Part shown: piece after piece, positions 63,490 to 64,000 of the stretch
How positions within the stretch are numbered: the stretch's first letter is position 1
Layout: the number at the start of each line of letters is the position of its first letter
From: Mobula hypostoma
Lineage: Eukaryota
NCBI RefSeq assembly: GCF_963921235.1
Contig: NC_086122.1
Location: 20,584,001-20,648,000 of the forward strand
Length of the DNA: 64,000 bases
Direction of reading: 5' to 3'
Made by a program: the position numbers and the translations under genes
Notes under the pieces: generated by a model
The model's database searches: none
Told to the model about the DNA's origin: nothing
What the model saw: only the letters and a program-made list of their open reading frames with translations

Positions 63490-64000
63490 TACATAATGAA
63501 CTCCTTGGCACCACTGTACACAATATCTTCTTATGCAACTGGATCCTCGACTTCCTCCCTTACAGGCCGCAGTCAGCTTGGATTGACAACAACATCTCCT
63601 CCACAATCGCCGTCAGCACAGGTGCATCACAAGTGCGTGCGTTTAGCTTCCTGCTCTTCTAGCTTTATACTTATGACTATGTGGCTAAATGCCATATTTA
63701 AGTTTACTGATGGCATCATTATTGTTGGCCAAATCAGTAGTGGTGATGATCAGCATATAGAAGGGAGACTGAAAACTCTGACTGAATGGTATCTGAACAA
63801 CAACTTCTCACTCAATGTCAGCAAAACCTAAGGACTGATTATTGACTGCAGAAGGAGGAAACCGAACATCCACGAACGTCCTCAGGGGATCAGCAGTGAA
63901 AAGGGTCAGCAACTTTAATTTCCTTAGCATTAGCATTTCAGAGGATCTGTCCCAAGTCCAGCATATAAGTGTCACTACAAAAAAGAAGCATAGCAACATC
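63490..64000 (+). mobile_element. Rex/Babar RT remnant running off the window end
   Basis: IFKFTDGIIIVGQI...WYLNNNFSLNVSKT. Confidence 0.8.

Noticed and set aside
1-64000. Additional connexin paralogues (gjb4, gjb5, gja4) or intact autonomous TEs
   Set aside because: There is no second connexin signature in the ORF track, and all RT, transposase and gag remnants are truncated or disrupted.

Overview
This is eukaryotic (vertebrate) genomic DNA, not prokaryotic. The repeat content (HE1/V-SINE-like SINEs, CR1 LINEs with short tandem tails, Rex/Babar LINEs, Penelope termini) points to a cartilaginous fish, probably a ray; this is an inference. One convincing host gene is present: a single-coding-exon beta connexin at 39624-40364 (+), most similar to GJB3/Cx31, with a splice acceptor just upstream and a candidate non-coding 5' exon near 28 kb. 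Most of the rest is nested, decayed transposable elements. These include CR1, Rex/Babar, RTE and L1 LINE fragments, two tRNA-derived SINE families, Penelope elements, three TSD-flanked solo LTRs, an internally deleted Gmr1-like Gypsy provirus (SCAN-like gag plus protease), Tc1 and hAT MITEs, and a TIR element with a 7-bp TSD. Nearly all short ORFs in the track are TE remnants or low-complexity artefacts. I see no evidence of a wholly new multi-gene system. The most notable items are an intact minimal hammerhead ribozyme in a ~100-bp TSD-flanked Penelope terminus, canonical EL2 cysteine spacing in a Cx31-like protein, a SINE with a swapped 3' tail, a YY1-motif-headed non-autonomous retroposon, and composite MITEs. 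TE boundaries without a stated TSD are approximate, and family names come from motif recognition, not database searches.
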